DNA of 64,000 bases from Nemertoderma westbladi (GCA_032718475.1 JAUCBJ010007585.1:1-64000); one strand, 5' to 3'; shown: positions 1 through 12,409, numbered from the stretch's first letter. Notes: a model not told the origin generated them from the sequence alone. Numbers and translations: made by a program.

Positions 1-675
1 CAATTGGGACGAGGCCGAGGGAGAAGTTCGAGCCGAGAATCTGTCGGGGCTCAGGGAACGTCGTCGTCGGTTCCGGGGAGTGACGCCTCACGGACGCCGT
101 CAACGGAGTCAACTAGAGGTAGATTAGTGTATCTGGGAAGGGGGCGAAAGAGAGGAGCGAGCCCAAAGAACCCAGGAGCGGGTCGATAATACATTATGGC
201 ACAGGGCGACAGACTCTAGATATATACATCATCGTCGCTCTGATGTATATTGTAGCATTTGAAAATCTTCGACTAGACTCATATACACTAGTTGAGTTAT
301 TTGAATTTATATTATGAAAGAGGCGAAGGAAGTGATTGGGGAGACAAACCTGCGGGTTTGGCTTACTCCTTTCACTTGCCCTAGCAAAATTTATATTTGA
401 TTTTGTATGTAGTAATCATTATGTAGTAAGAATGAACGAGAAACAATATTTTGTAAATTTAATTTGTATGTAATAATCGTTAAACAGTGAGAGAGATAAT
501 ATTTTGTGAATTTAATTTGTATGTAATTCATTATGCAATATCTATGGCAATATTTGTAAATAGTAGAATTATTATGTTATTTAGATTGGTTGGAAGAAAT
601 TTATTTGTTTTGTATACATCACCTTATACTCTTCTACAATTGGAGGGAAACATTATATGATTTCCCTTGGAGCGG

Positions 676-1326
676 TGTTACGGTATATGGCGCTGTATCC
701 ACAGTATTAGTCCATTATGCAGTATGCAATATTAGTCCATTATGCAGTATGCAATATTAGTCCATTATGCAGTATGCAATATTAGTCCATTATGCAGTAT
801 GCAATATTAGTCCGTTATACTGTATGTAATATTAGTCCGTTGTGCAGCATGATATTTTAGATAAGGCATAATAACGCAGTGGTATTTAGGTAAGGAAGTT
901 AAAACGCCCATATATTTTGCATCCATTCATTTTGTATAGTATGTAGCTCTACCTACGTAATTTTGTATTAGGTTATATGTAGATAGTTCCAGGGTAAGTT
1001 TATTCGGACCCTGGATTCCGTGCTTGCTGATATTAGCTTTAGTAGGGCTAGCATATAGGGACGCCGTCCTGGCCATTCAGCAGCCAGAGACGTGAACCAT
1101 TACCATATATGGTAATAATTCGAGGAAAGGGAGCAAATAGGGCTACAATCCGGCCTCCTTATTGGACTAGCTGCTTCCAGGTTGGTCTAGTGCTAGCACG
1201 GACTGGAGAGCCAATAAGAAAGCGATTGAGTCACCCTATTGCATCATCCCATCCGGATCACCTATAAATTGGCGGTGTGCCGGTAGAGCCTATCATCAAT
1301 CTGTCACATGATACACCCCTGTTACA
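676..1326 (+). mobile_element. Putative BEL/Pao-type LTR (LTR-A)
   Basis: Starts TGTTAC right after TTTCCCTTGGAGCGG (similar PPT-like motif precedes the LTR at 7859). Ends GTTACA; TATA-like CTATAAAT at ~1262; 651 bp. No sequence-matched partner LTR in the window. Confidence 0.5.
705..855 (+). repeat. 25-bp tandem repeat, ~6 copies
   Basis: Unit TATTAGTCCATTATGCAGTATGCAA at 705, 730, 755, 780, with degenerate copies at 805 and 830. Confidence 0.95.
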
Positions 1327-2931
1327 ATTTACTTGCTGAGCTGTCTCTAATTTTGTATTTTTCTGCAATTTGCTAATTTTGATTAATTTCTTGGAATGAT
1401 TTGCTAGTGCGATTACTTTGCTTGTGTTTCTCAATAATTCCTTCGATTACTGCAAATTACAATCGAACTATGATTTCTACCTTTGATTGATGGTTCTATG
1501 TGATTCTTTTCTGCGCAATAATCCCAAGGGATTCCTGAAACTGTCAGACTTTGTGATTTGCATGCGCCGCTACGGTAGCTATTAGCGTAATGGAGGGCTA
1601 AGGTGCCAGTGGGCGGTGGGCGCATCGGGGGGTTGGGCGACTAGGAGAGAGCGGAGGATTCAAAGCGGGCAACGCTGGCTAGGGTCACCGTTGCGGGCGG
1701 GTAACTTGCACTGCGGCACGCAGACCGATCGCCGGTACAGCAAATTAGGGGGCTGATGATCCAGGTTTTGTCTCTATTTAGTATTAGGGGGCAGGAATTG
1801 GGTTAGTTAGGAATCCTAGATGTACCCGGGAGAGGCCTGCGCGTATTATAACGTTGAGTGTGGAGTACGAGTAGTGAATTGCACAATTGTAAACTGTGAT
1901 TTCTAACGCTGATTGGTGTGTTATTGAAGTGTGCCTAAGATTACGAATGCTTAGATAGGCGCTCTTTTCCTTTGATTGATTTCTATTTCTTAGTTACAAT
2001 AATTAGTTATTGATTAGGTCAAAGTAATACGGCAAATTAGGCTATTACTAGCGAAACCTGTTGCGTGATAAATTAGAATTACGTATTCTGGAACTCTTAG
2101 TAATTAGTACGCTGTTAAATATTTGTGACTGTAATTAATTAGTAAAAAATTAAGAATTAGTACGCAGCATAGCGGAGAGTAGCTAAGGTAATAATTAGTG
2201 TACTGTAAACTATTCACGCTGAGCGGTTATTTGCATTAGCGGACAATCAGCTAGAACGCACTATTCGGTACGCACGATACGCTAGTAATTTTGCTGGCCT
2301 AAAGCCAGTCGCGGGCAGTTTTAGACCCGGAGTGGTATTATCCACGTAGAAACAGATACTGTACCATTTTGATATTTTAAATATTCTCGCATTCACACAT
2401 TACGTTAGGGAACCTCCAGTATTCGCGATTAGAAAGACGTAGGTAATAGCGTGCTTTAATAGTGATAAAATTAGGCGTAAGAATACTCTGAGTGCAAGGC
2501 CTCTCGCACTCGTCTTAAGTAAGCTTAGGGAGCCGACTCGGGTTTATTGTTTTGGTTATTCCCGCGTGGCTCATAGATTCGAACAGTTAGCTCTCTATCG
2601 AGCGATCGGTAGAGAAAGGAACAAGCGATTTTGCAGGAGTAGTGTAAAATTAGTAAAATATATTAGTGGACGGCAGATTAGCGCCATCTAACGGTAAGTA
2701 GCGGTTTTGTATTTAGCAACCCTTACAATTTAGTAATAGCACGCTCCTGATCCCCTTTACTTAACAGTAGAGCAGTCTTTGTGTCTTATTGGTTAGACGA
2801 GAACTTATTAGGTTGGCAGAAGGATATTAACGGGTATTGGTCTGTTCAACAGTTCTGCTGTTAGTATAGAGGTCGCGGTTGTTTATCACAAGGTAAGTGA
2901 GAAACCCGTTTCTAGGAGAAGGGTAACACCA

Positions 2932-3396
2932 GTGTGTTATACAGACGACGGCGAAAGCCAGACTTCTCAAGGAGAGGATAGCGGGAAAGACACTGAAAGA
3001 TCTTATTATGTCAATAAAACGCCTAAAGACCAGGTAAGTAAATTCAAGTCTCGAACCAATGACAGGAGAGAACAGGTAAGAAAAACTCCTCCTACGTCTC
3101 CCAAGAGAATTCAGGTGAGAAAGCCCGAGGAAAGAACGAACGTGCACCACACAGCACATGTTAAAGTAAGTAACATCAAGCCCAAATGTGTGCTGTGCGA
3201 TGGGCCCCACCGTTTAAGTGCGTGTGATGAATTCCTGAGGAAATCACTAAAGGACAGACGTGAAGTCATGTGGGATAAGCGGTTGTGTTATAATTGCCTC
3301 AGACGAGGACACCAACGGCGAACCTGTTACTCCGACGTAAGGTGTGCAAAGTGCGGCGCAAAACATCATATCTTGTTGCACACGGAATTCGAATGA
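2932..3396 (+). CDS. gag: BEL/Pao Gag C-terminal part with three Cys/His zinc knuckles
   Basis: CVLCDGPHRLSAC, CYNCLRRGHQRRTC and CAKCGAKHHILLH form the triple-knuckle signature of BEL/Pao Gag. A single TGA at 3394 separates it from the in-frame protease ORF. Confidence 0.9.
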   Translation: MCYTDDGESQTSQGEDSGKDTERSYYVNKTPKDQVSKFKSRTNDRREQVRKTPPTSPKRIQVRKPEERTNVHHTAHVKVSNIKPKCVLCDGPHRLSACDEFLRKSLKDRREVMWDKRLCYNCLRRGHQRRTCYSDVRCAKCGAKHHILLHTEFE

Positions 3397-3447
3397 AACA
3401 GCCCGAGTCAGGTAAGTGAGTCCGAACTACATGTCCAATTCAGTGAT

Positions 3448-4617
3448 GTGAACGACACTGACCAATATTCTGAGATGGAAGGATTCTATACGGACGAATT
3501 CTCCGACGAAAACGAATCCTGTTACCTAACAAATACCGCAGTGTATCGAGCACTTACGTATGAAAAAGACACCGACAGCGAGCCCCCCCTAACTACTTCT
3601 GACAGACAACCATCTTGGAAAGCACCACCTTCCAATGTAGGAATCCGAGAATTTCCTGTAGTACAGGTAAGGGTCCACGGACCTAAAAGGAGTTATGTAG
3701 TGAACGCCCTCCTTGACTCCGGTAGTACAGGAACATTCATCGACAAAGAACTAGCCGAAGACATCTTTACTGGACAACCCAAGTTCCGAACTAAGCTAAA
3801 CATGTCAGGAATTATGCAGGTTTGGAAATCTACAGTAATCGCAGATTATTATGTAGGTGCGTTGTCCACCCCCCAGGATGAACTAGGAGAACACAGCATA
3901 AGGTCAGTAAAAATGTTAGCTATAAAGAACTTCGCGACCAGCCAAGTGGAACCTTATAACTGGGATGAGGACGATTTCACCCAGCAGTTTGAAATACCTA
4001 GATTCAACCCCGATTACCCTGGAGTCCAAATACTCATCGGTCAAAATGCGCATGAAGCGCTCGAGACATTGGAGAAACGGCCTGCTCAACCGCAACCTCT
4101 ACAAGTTTATGCGGGAAGAACTAGAGTAGGTTGGTACTTTACTGGCCCTTCTCGTAGAACTCTTATGGAAAGATTACCAAAAGAACAGGTATATCAATTA
4201 AGTGAACGGGAAGTGGAGAGCAGTGAAGTTGACGACCCAACTGAGGGAACACCATACTCCTCAGATAATGACAACATCAACTCCAATGTAGATCAATGGA
4301 GACATTGCCCCGAGACGATCAATCTAGCCGACATCGCCTCCAGAGGAGCAACTCCTCAAGAACTTACAGATACTCCAGACTGGTTAGGTGAACCCGACTT
4401 CCTAAGTAAAGAAGATGAATGGCCTCCCCATCTTAACCCGGCGAAGATTAGACAGGCCAAGGGAGCGGAGAAAGTAACACAACCACTCAATCGCCCAGCT
4501 GGTCGTTTATGTTTACTGGAAAGAGACCGAAAACTGTCCGGAAACTATGGAAGGCAAGATACTCTTCCCACGACCACCTCCCTAATCCAACAAATATCTA
4601 GGGACTCCATAACGTAA
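3448..4617 (+). CDS. BEL/Pao aspartic protease fused in frame to remnants of the RNase H C-terminus and integrase C-terminus (RT, RH and IN cores missing)
   Basis: VNALLDSGSTGTFI, VQILIGQN and RTRVGWYFTGP (Pao protease); QWRHCPETINLADIASRG...WLGEPDFL (Pao RNase H tail); RPAGRLCLLE (Pao integrase end). Confidence 0.85.
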   Translation: MNDTDQYSEMEGFYTDEFSDENESCYLTNTAVYRALTYEKDTDSEPPLTTSDRQPSWKAPPSNVGIREFPVVQVRVHGPKRSYVVNALLDSGSTGTFIDKELAEDIFTGQPKFRTKLNMSGIMQVWKSTVIADYYVGALSTPQDELGEHSIRSVKMLAIKNFATSQVEPYNWDEDDFTQQFEIPRFNPDYPGVQILIGQNAHEALETLEKRPAQPQPLQVYAGRTRVGWYFTGPSRRTLMERLPKEQVYQLSEREVESSEVDDPTEGTPYSSDNDNINSNVDQWRHCPETINLADIASRGATPQELTDTPDWLGEPDFLSKEDEWPPHLNPAKIRQAKGAEKVTQPLNRPAGRLCLLERDRKLSGNYGRQDTLPTTTSLIQQISRDSIT

Positions 4618-5162
4618 CAACATACGGAGTGGGTGTGTGACTACATTATTTTATATTTATTTTATTATTTTATATTATGTATGTATTATTATGTAATTTT
4701 ATTATAATCGTTTTCTTTAATTTTATTTAGTAGAATGTTATTTAGTGATTATTTAGTAGATTAGTGCAATATATTAGTGTTTATTACTTAATTACTTATA
4801 TATTATATTTAGTGCGACGGCGAGAAATAATTCTTTTTCTCTTTCCTTACTGTCCGTATCATATTATAAATACGTAACTACAGTAAGATGAAATGTCCGT
4901 ACTTATTAAAGTACAATAAAGCCACTACTATATTCAAGTATTATTGGTAGGCAGAGTATTAGGAATGCAAAGTTCAGATCCTCGTGTCTCGGCTAAACCA
5001 AGCTCTGGGTAGACCTTGGAAACGACTTGCCTCTTCTCACTGACATTGCTTCGTGCGATATTGCTCTCATACCGTATATTAAATAATACATATAGTAGCG
5101 TGATGTCCCTTTAACAGTAGCGTAAAACGCAAAATAAATCTGTTAAACCCTTTGACCATCTG

Positions 5163-5446
5163 CAATTCTAGTCGATTAAGATATCGCGGCACCCACCGAT
5201 ATACTTGAAAGACAAAATTCTAGAATCAGTGGTTAACGTCCCCAGACAAGTTCTGGAATAAATTGGTGCCCATCTCAAATATTAATTATTTAATATTTAC
5301 AAATCTATAAATCAAAATCTGTAAAATTCAGATCCTTTAACAATTCTAGTCGATTAAGATATCGTAGCACTTACCGATACTCTTAAAAGACAATTTTCAT
5401 AGAATTAAGGATCCTATGTCCCCAGACCTGCTCTGGAATCAAATTG
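5163..5446 (+). repeat. Two diverged direct copies, period ~178 bp, in the pol-ORF3 spacer
   Basis: CAATTCTAGTCGATTAAGATATCG...GTCCCCAGAC...CTGGAAT occurs at 5163 and 5341. Confidence 0.85.
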
Positions 5447-6260
5447 TGTCAATTTAACTATCAAATAATAAAATTTCAGGGAATAAATTTAAATTCATAC
5501 TTTAATGAATTTAATAAATTGCAATTTTATGCAATTTATAACATTCCCAAAATTCCATTAATTAATAGATCATGGGAGCGGAGATTCACTATATTAAGTG
5601 TATTTGTGTGTGAGAATCTCCAATGTATAGTCAATAGCCGATAAAATTCATAAAATCATATATAGAGAGGATATTGACAATTAAAGAATTACTATTAAAT
5701 AGCATCCCAGATCTGTATGCATGAGAATTACTCTAATTCTCCCGCTAGCTTTCCATAATGTCACCATGGCAACAACCACGCTAGAATTAGAAGTGAGTTA
5801 AAAGAACAATAAAGGGCTTGCGTATTGAATAGCATACGGAATAAATAGCACACTGCTAGTATCCAAGGATACGTAATAAACACAGTGACATTCTGGAAGG
5901 TACTGACTAACTGACAAATGGCCCGAATGTGTGCAGTTATGGCAGTTGTGAGGAATTTGTGCGTTTTTAGGTGAATGTTACTACTAAGGTGTGTTTACAG
6001 TAGCGAGTCGCAATTGTGAAAGTAACCCTAACTCTCCAGTAAGAACCTGAAGTATATCTAAGCCTTTGGGACGGACGGTGGAGTGGCTCGTGCTGGTTGT
6101 TGTAGTCGTTGTGCAGCTACGACGTTGGCGATAGGCACATCGGCGAAAGTACACCAGCGCTGAGGATCTCGCACTGTCCGGGGGCAGAGAGGGGTAGGCA
6201 GCGACGCCCGCTCGCCTAAATATAAACTCATTATAATATGGATAAACTTATATAGCAGAT

Positions 6261-7780
6261 ATGATTGAGTTGATAGAAGATGATCTTGGTATCAGGGAAC
6301 GATATACTCTACCTTTACAAGCGTTTGTTGATAACTTGATACGCGGCGACGCTGGTCCAACTACTACGGAGGACGATGGTCGTTATATCTAACCGCCAAT
6401 GTCCCGGGAGCAACTTGCGCGTGGGTTAGACTGTAGAAAATTCACCGCTCGCTATACGCATCGTAATGGTACGTATATGGACTTCTTAACTACTGGTCAT
6501 CCTATCGACCTACACGATACGAACGATATAGACACCAAAGGGAAATGGTTTATTTAAATATCATACCCAGCGGAAGCGGAACGATAAACTGAGACTCGAA
6601 CACGAAAATTCTATTCGAAACCGACTCGAAAGTGCAGATGTCGAAGAGCCGGATAAATGCAGCGACTCCACCAAATACCTGGAATTCTTGAGAGAAACCT
6701 ATCTCGATATTACCAGTCAACAGAATCTAGAAACTCGATATCCTCAAGGTATACATCATGACCGCATGGTAGAACTCAAACGGCTCTATTCCACTATGAT
6801 GTATCTTACCGCCGATCGATCGCTACCTGTTGTACCGGATAGCTTCGAACGGATGGAGGAATATCGTAAGCTGGAGAAAGATCACTCGCGTTTCCCCTAC
6901 AAGACGTGCGTTTTTGGTATTATTGCGATGAATGCCCAAGACCCAACCAACAAACGGAAAGACATAAACATCCGCGGAGACGTTGCTTTAAACACGGTTT
7001 TACTCGCTATACTTACGGGAGTTTCGAGCGAAACTTGTTCGATGTATCACCTACGCTCATTCGACTCAGACGATCCTTAAATAAACCAATGATCAGAGTT
7101 TCGGAATACTCGATCAGAACTCCTCATTCCCTAGTGAGACTTCAGACTCTTGATCCTATTAGTATGACGGATCCTCCCGAGCTGTACTCACTGCTCAAAG
7201 ATCTAGTGTTACCTGAACAATTAGTCGGTGGCACCCCAGTTGTGGGCTTCCTAGATATTAGCCCATTCTACCTAACCGGATTGGGACGCGGACATTTAAT
7301 ATCGCCGTTTAACCCTTACCATCGTCCCGGCTTAACACGATATAACCTGTCACCAAAGTGGCGGAGAACGTTGTACCAAACGAGTTAAACGCTATTCTAC
7401 AAAGATCAGAAAGGAAACCTGCGTTTGTTCAGATAAACGTAAGTTGTAACAGCAAGTCCAAGCGATAAACGAATTGTCTTTATCTCAGTTCGATTGTGAA
7501 ATCCAGAATCTCTAAGAAGATATCGAACTTAGACAACCCCATTCTCTGCGAGAGTTTTGGATGAACGTATCCAGCTACGAGCGGAGGAAAATCAGCTCGA
7601 GGAGAAGCATATCAAAACGGCGGATACCCCGACCATAATCCTACACCTTCTGATGCAATCATATTGCACCCTTCACCCAGGATTTATAACCCTCCTAGTA
7701 AAGTGGCTCGCCCCAAAGAGAAAAGGACTCTTGCTAGCCTCAAAAAACTGCGTAAACGCCGTCTGCGTAAGAAAGACTAA
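6261..7780 (+). pseudogene. Decayed accessory ORF of a BEL/Pao element; possible degenerate DEDDy exonuclease fold; basic C-terminus
   Basis: Protein-like frames broken by stops and frameshifts, lying between the integrase end and the PPT/LTR. Ends ...KKLRKRRLRKKD*. Blocks align by eye to the exonuclease ORF at 58247-59971. Confidence 0.55.
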
Positions 7781-7858
7781 CTGTTTAGAGTATCTTTATA
7801 TTTTAGAAACTGTGATTTGTTATATTTTATAGACTTAAATCCCATTTTCTGGGAGCGG

Positions 7859-8510
7859 TGTAAAAGCTTTTGCGTAATTAGCCGGTTATTTTCCCCGTAA
7901 AGTACTCTGTGGTTGGTTTACCAGGCATAAAAAGGCCGTGTCCTTGCTGTACTGGTGTTTTAGAGGACATAAAAGCCATTTCTTCTGTATTTGTACTTTA
8001 GAGGACATAATCCGCAATTTCGTGACGCAATAAGCTAGATACTCTTGAAAACAGTGTCGCTACCATGACGACGGCTAACAGCTGATATTGCCACGTCGAA
8101 CATTTCTTTGTTCTTTGTTCTCTCTTTGTACGGTCGACCAATCAGAGCGTTTTTTGTCTCTGTGTTGGAAGTTGGATACAGAAACTCAGGAATTCAGTTA
8201 TGTTTTTGCCCAGAGCCTAAGAACACCGGCTTTTGGCACCTCCGTGTTTCAGTCTTTAGTCTTACATTAGTAGGCTTAATTATAGAACGTATATCTGTTA
8301 TCGAGTTAACGAGTTACCTTATCAATGCAATTCATACTAACAATGCAATTCATATCTTACTAAACATATCATGCATATCTTACTTAACATTACTGCTTTT
8401 GCTGTCGGTTATTCATTATATTTGTTGATGGAAGATTATATTTGGAATACTGATCAATAGTCAGACACCCAACCTTCTTGATATAATAAAGGTTAGAGAG
8501 ACCGGTTACA
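7859..8510 (+). mobile_element. BEL/Pao-type 3' LTR (LTR-B)
   Basis: PPT-like TTTTCTGGGAGCGG, then TGTAA...TTACA termini, AATAAA near the end, 652 bp. A homologous PPT/LTR junction lies on the minus strand at 51771. Confidence 0.65.
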
Positions 8511-8989
8511 GATAAACGATTGCGACCTATGTTAAGTGGTTTGAAGTGAATCTAATGCTATTTTATAGGCCCTACATGTATTGTCTGTTAATCTCTTTGT
8601 ATGTGACTAAAATTAGTGAAGGTCGGCAGATTGGTGTGCAGCATTGTGCAGCATTGTGTATGATTGTGACTGATAACAAAGCATCTCCTAAAGAATGCGC
8701 CATATACGTGAATCTATAGCCATCTCATTGCGTCTGGTTTAAGTCATAACTCTGTTTACATATTTAGAGCGCCACGTCCTAAAGGAACTGTTAATATTTC
8801 CCGAAAGTGAATAATATTTGTCAGAGATTATATATTACGATCAGTCGAATAATACAGTAGGCTTGCACCATCAATCATTAAGCTTCCGAATTCAGTCTCC
8901 CGGGTATATCCAGCGGGTGAATGATTGCGCATAGACTGGCTTCGGCTAATGTAGTGTATCAAATACTCGTCATAGGCTAAAGACTATAT

Positions 8990-10865
8990 ATCATCTAAAA
9001 GACATCCTAATTTGGCAGGTTAAACTGTCAAAGGTCTTAAAAGCGCAAACAGCGTTCCAATTTTTAATACCGTTAAAAAAGAAAGTATCAGATTCAAAGG
9101 ATTTACAATTGGGAGGTAGAAGTTTGAAGCACTAGCTCTGGTACTGTAAGAGTGTGTATCGCGTACTCTGTTGAATTTTTGTTTTAGGTAATTGGGACAT
9201 TTACCATTATATACTTTATGCACATGGTTAAGGCGTAGCTGCTTAACTCTACTATCTAAGTTAAGTAGTCCAGATTCAGAAAAGTCATCTGGAGTTAGGT
9301 GGTGCCTAGGTTTGTAGTCTTTAATAAATCGTACTACTTTATTCTGAGCTACTTGTAATTTACATTTAAGCTGTTTGTTAAGCCTTCATACCAAGAAGAG
9401 CATGCATAGTCCATGTGACACTGTATTAAAGAAGAGCAAAGTAACTTGCGGGGGTCGGTGTTTAAACTATTTTTATTTCTGTATAGAAACCTAAGCCTAC
9501 TGTTAACTTTCGAGAAAATATTTTTCACTGTACTTTCTCCTGATAAGCAGTTATCCAATGTGGCGCCTAAATATTTAACTTCCTTTTTATTTTCAATCTT
9601 ATGTCCATTACTAGTGACTTCAAACTTAGTTACCTTCTTTAACTTTCTTTTGGAACCAAACAAAATACTTTCAGTCTTACCGTAGTGAATGGATAGCTTA
9701 TTATCAACCAACCACGCATTACAGGATTCTAGAACTGCACTTAACTTTTGGGAAATATGGATAGGATCTTTATGAGAGAAAATAAGAGCACTGTCGTCGG
9801 CATATAAAATGAGTTTAAAATCGGGATCTATATTACTTATCATATCATTTACATAGCATACAAAAAGCAGAGGACCTATAATATACTACCTTACGGTACA
9901 CCACAGGTAATCTCTTGTACAGTAGACTGCGATTTGCTAATGACTACAGTTTGACCTCTGTCTGACAGGCAGGACTTGAACCAGTCTATAGAACCTTTAC
10001 CCATCAGGCCTAACTTACCATGCAGAATTTCGTGATCTACAGTATCGAAAGCCTTTTGTAGGTCCAACATTACCATACCAGTATATAAACCGTTTGCGTT
10101 ATTACATATAATTGTATCAGTTAAGTTAATAAGTAGAATATGATTTACGAAAACCGGACTGAAGTTCATAGATCAGATTTAGCCTACTAAGATGTGCCTC
10201 CAGCTGTAGAAAAACAGAACGTTCTAGAATTTTAGATACAATACTTAAGATACTAACAGGTCTGTAATTACAGGGTTCTACTTTACTATTCTTTTTATAC
10301 AGAGGAACAACAACCTTAGCTAATTTCAGTTCGTCTGGTACTACATTATCTACGATAGAGTAATTAATAATAAAAGTAATAGGCACTTTAAGTACTTCAG
10401 CACCATCCTTAAGAAAACGGGCAGGTATTAGGTCTAGACCGGTACTTTTTGAGGCTGATAGGCTAAGTAGATTTTGAAAAACGAAATCCTCCGAAACGGG
10501 TTTTAAAAATAACTTTTCTGGATTTTGTAACTTTTCTAAATAAAAATTATTTAGAGTTTCGGAACCTATACTATATTTATTACTTGATAACGGTAACTTC
10601 TTAACTAAATTAGAGGCAACATTAGTAAAATAATTATTAAATAAATTACTAACTAGAGTATGATCATGAATCAGCTCACCGTTATCTTGCAGAACAATAT
10701 TCGATTTAGATTTAAGGTTTTTATAACCTAAAGATTTTAGGGTAGACCATAGACTTTTAGGATTATCTTTATTCTCACTTATTTTGTTGTACAAATATTC
10801 AGATTTAGCTTTTTTTATTTCCCGTTGGACAAGGTTTCTATATTTGCAGTAATTATTATAATCAG
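8990..10865 (-). mobile_element. 5'-truncated CR1/L2(Crack)-type LINE ORF2 (RT), pseudogenised
   Basis: NYRPVSILSIVSKILE, QSGFRKSYST, LDLQKAFDTVDH, CGVP, LYADDSAL, KYLG and DYACSSW, spread over frameshifted ORFs. Confidence 0.92.
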
Positions 10866-12132
10866 CTAAAACACGTTCGTGGGGCCTTCGCGCAGCACGA
10901 GGCCCAGTTATGAGATAAATATTAAAATTGAGCGACTGTATCACAAAATAAGGTTTTGAGAAATTTACCCACACCACCAATCAATCAAAGAAAGGGGGAC
11001 AGTACGTGTTCACCCCTTTTAATCTGCACCCCCCCCCCCCCTCCACCCTTCCCACCCACCAGTAATATATAACTACCGATGCCTTCAACGCAGTAGGCAG
11101 TACTCGTCTTCATTATTACAAACGTCGTTGTGCTCGTCCTGTTTTGTATTTAAACATATTTCCTAAACACAGACTGACGGACGATCTTTAAAACTACTGA
11201 TGCATTCAATAGGCGAAGCCAGGTATGGTTAATAGGAATATAGTCTACGCAGTACTCGTCTTCATTATATGCCTCGTTGTGCTCGTCGCTCGTCCAGTTT
11301 TGCTTTAAATTATTTTTCCTAAACCAAGACTGACGATCTTTATACAGATATAACTATGCGAAGTTTCGAAACTGTGCGAGTAACTGCTGATACATCTATG
11401 TGGAGATGTGTGATACAACGCCAACGCATCGTATGCTGATGTAGTAATATGGGTATTGAAATAATATTAAATCAATGTACACTCTTAAAGCTGCAGCGAA
11501 AATATGTAGCTAATTTCCTAGGTTACATATAAAATAATAATATTATTTTTAAGAACATTAATTTTACTACTTTGCAAAAATTCAATTAAAAAATAACCAG
11601 ACAAATATATTGCGGAATAAACTATTTCAGATATAAGCCTACAACAGCCATGAGTATTTATGTCATTATATCTTCTGTCACCTGAGATAGTAAGTAATAC
11701 AACATTTATAGTATAGAGTCAATAGGAATTGAAATACAGGCAGTGTGGTTGGAGTTATGTCTGTGTTGCTATAGCAATACTACTGGATGCCTATTACAGT
11801 ACAATTCCCTTCTGCCCTGGTAAGGCTACACAAACATCTCCCAGCCAGCTAGCAGCTGGCTTTAAATCTTATACTAGAAAATAATTAATATCCTTTAAGG
11901 AGGCAGGTTGAGATTGATGTTGTTACCCTAATTAACTTAATGATCTAATTAACTGCTATTATCTTAGCTTCTCGAAGGCCACGCGAAAATTAAACTTGGA
12001 AAATTTCGAAACTTTTGCCAGACTACATGTGTACCAAGTTTGGTTAAATTTCATTAACATTTGGCTGAGTTATTAACGTTTAAAATTGGACACGACAGAA
12101 CGTCAGAACAACAGAACAACAGATCGACAGAT

Positions 12133-12406
12133 CAACAGACACACCGATTGAGTTAGTGGTACCTGTATGCTAAGCTCGCTTACTTTCGTCGCTCGCCCCA
12201 CAACAGACACACCGATTGAGTTAGTGGTACCTGTATGCTAAGCTCGCTTACTTTCGTCGCTCGCCCCACAACAGACACACCGATTGAGTTAGTGGTACCT
12301 GTATGCTAAGCTCGCTTACTTTCGTCGCTCGCCCCACAACAGACACACCGATAGAGTTAGTGGTACCTGTATGCTAAGCTCGCTTACTTTCGTCGCTCGC
12401 CCCACA
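12133..12406 (+). repeat. 68-bp tandem repeat x4 (near-identical)
   Basis: Unit CAACAGACACACCGATTGAGTTAGTGGTACCTGTATGCTAAGCTCGCTTACTTTCGTCGCTCGCCCCA at 12133, 12201, 12269 and 12337. Confidence 0.97.
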
Positions 12407-12409
12407 CAG

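Noticed and set aside
705-855. CRISPR-like or iteron-like repeat
   Set aside because: Plain head-to-tail 25-bp minisatellite without spacers, inside a putative LTR.
4634-4960. LTR starting TGTGTGAC just after the integrase tail
   Set aside because: No partner copy or clear CA end. The junction at 7859 is better supported by its homolog at 51771, although a nested arrangement cannot be excluded.
12133-12406. CRISPR-like array
   Set aside because: Units are contiguous and identical with no unique spacers, the context is eukaryotic, and there are no cas genes.
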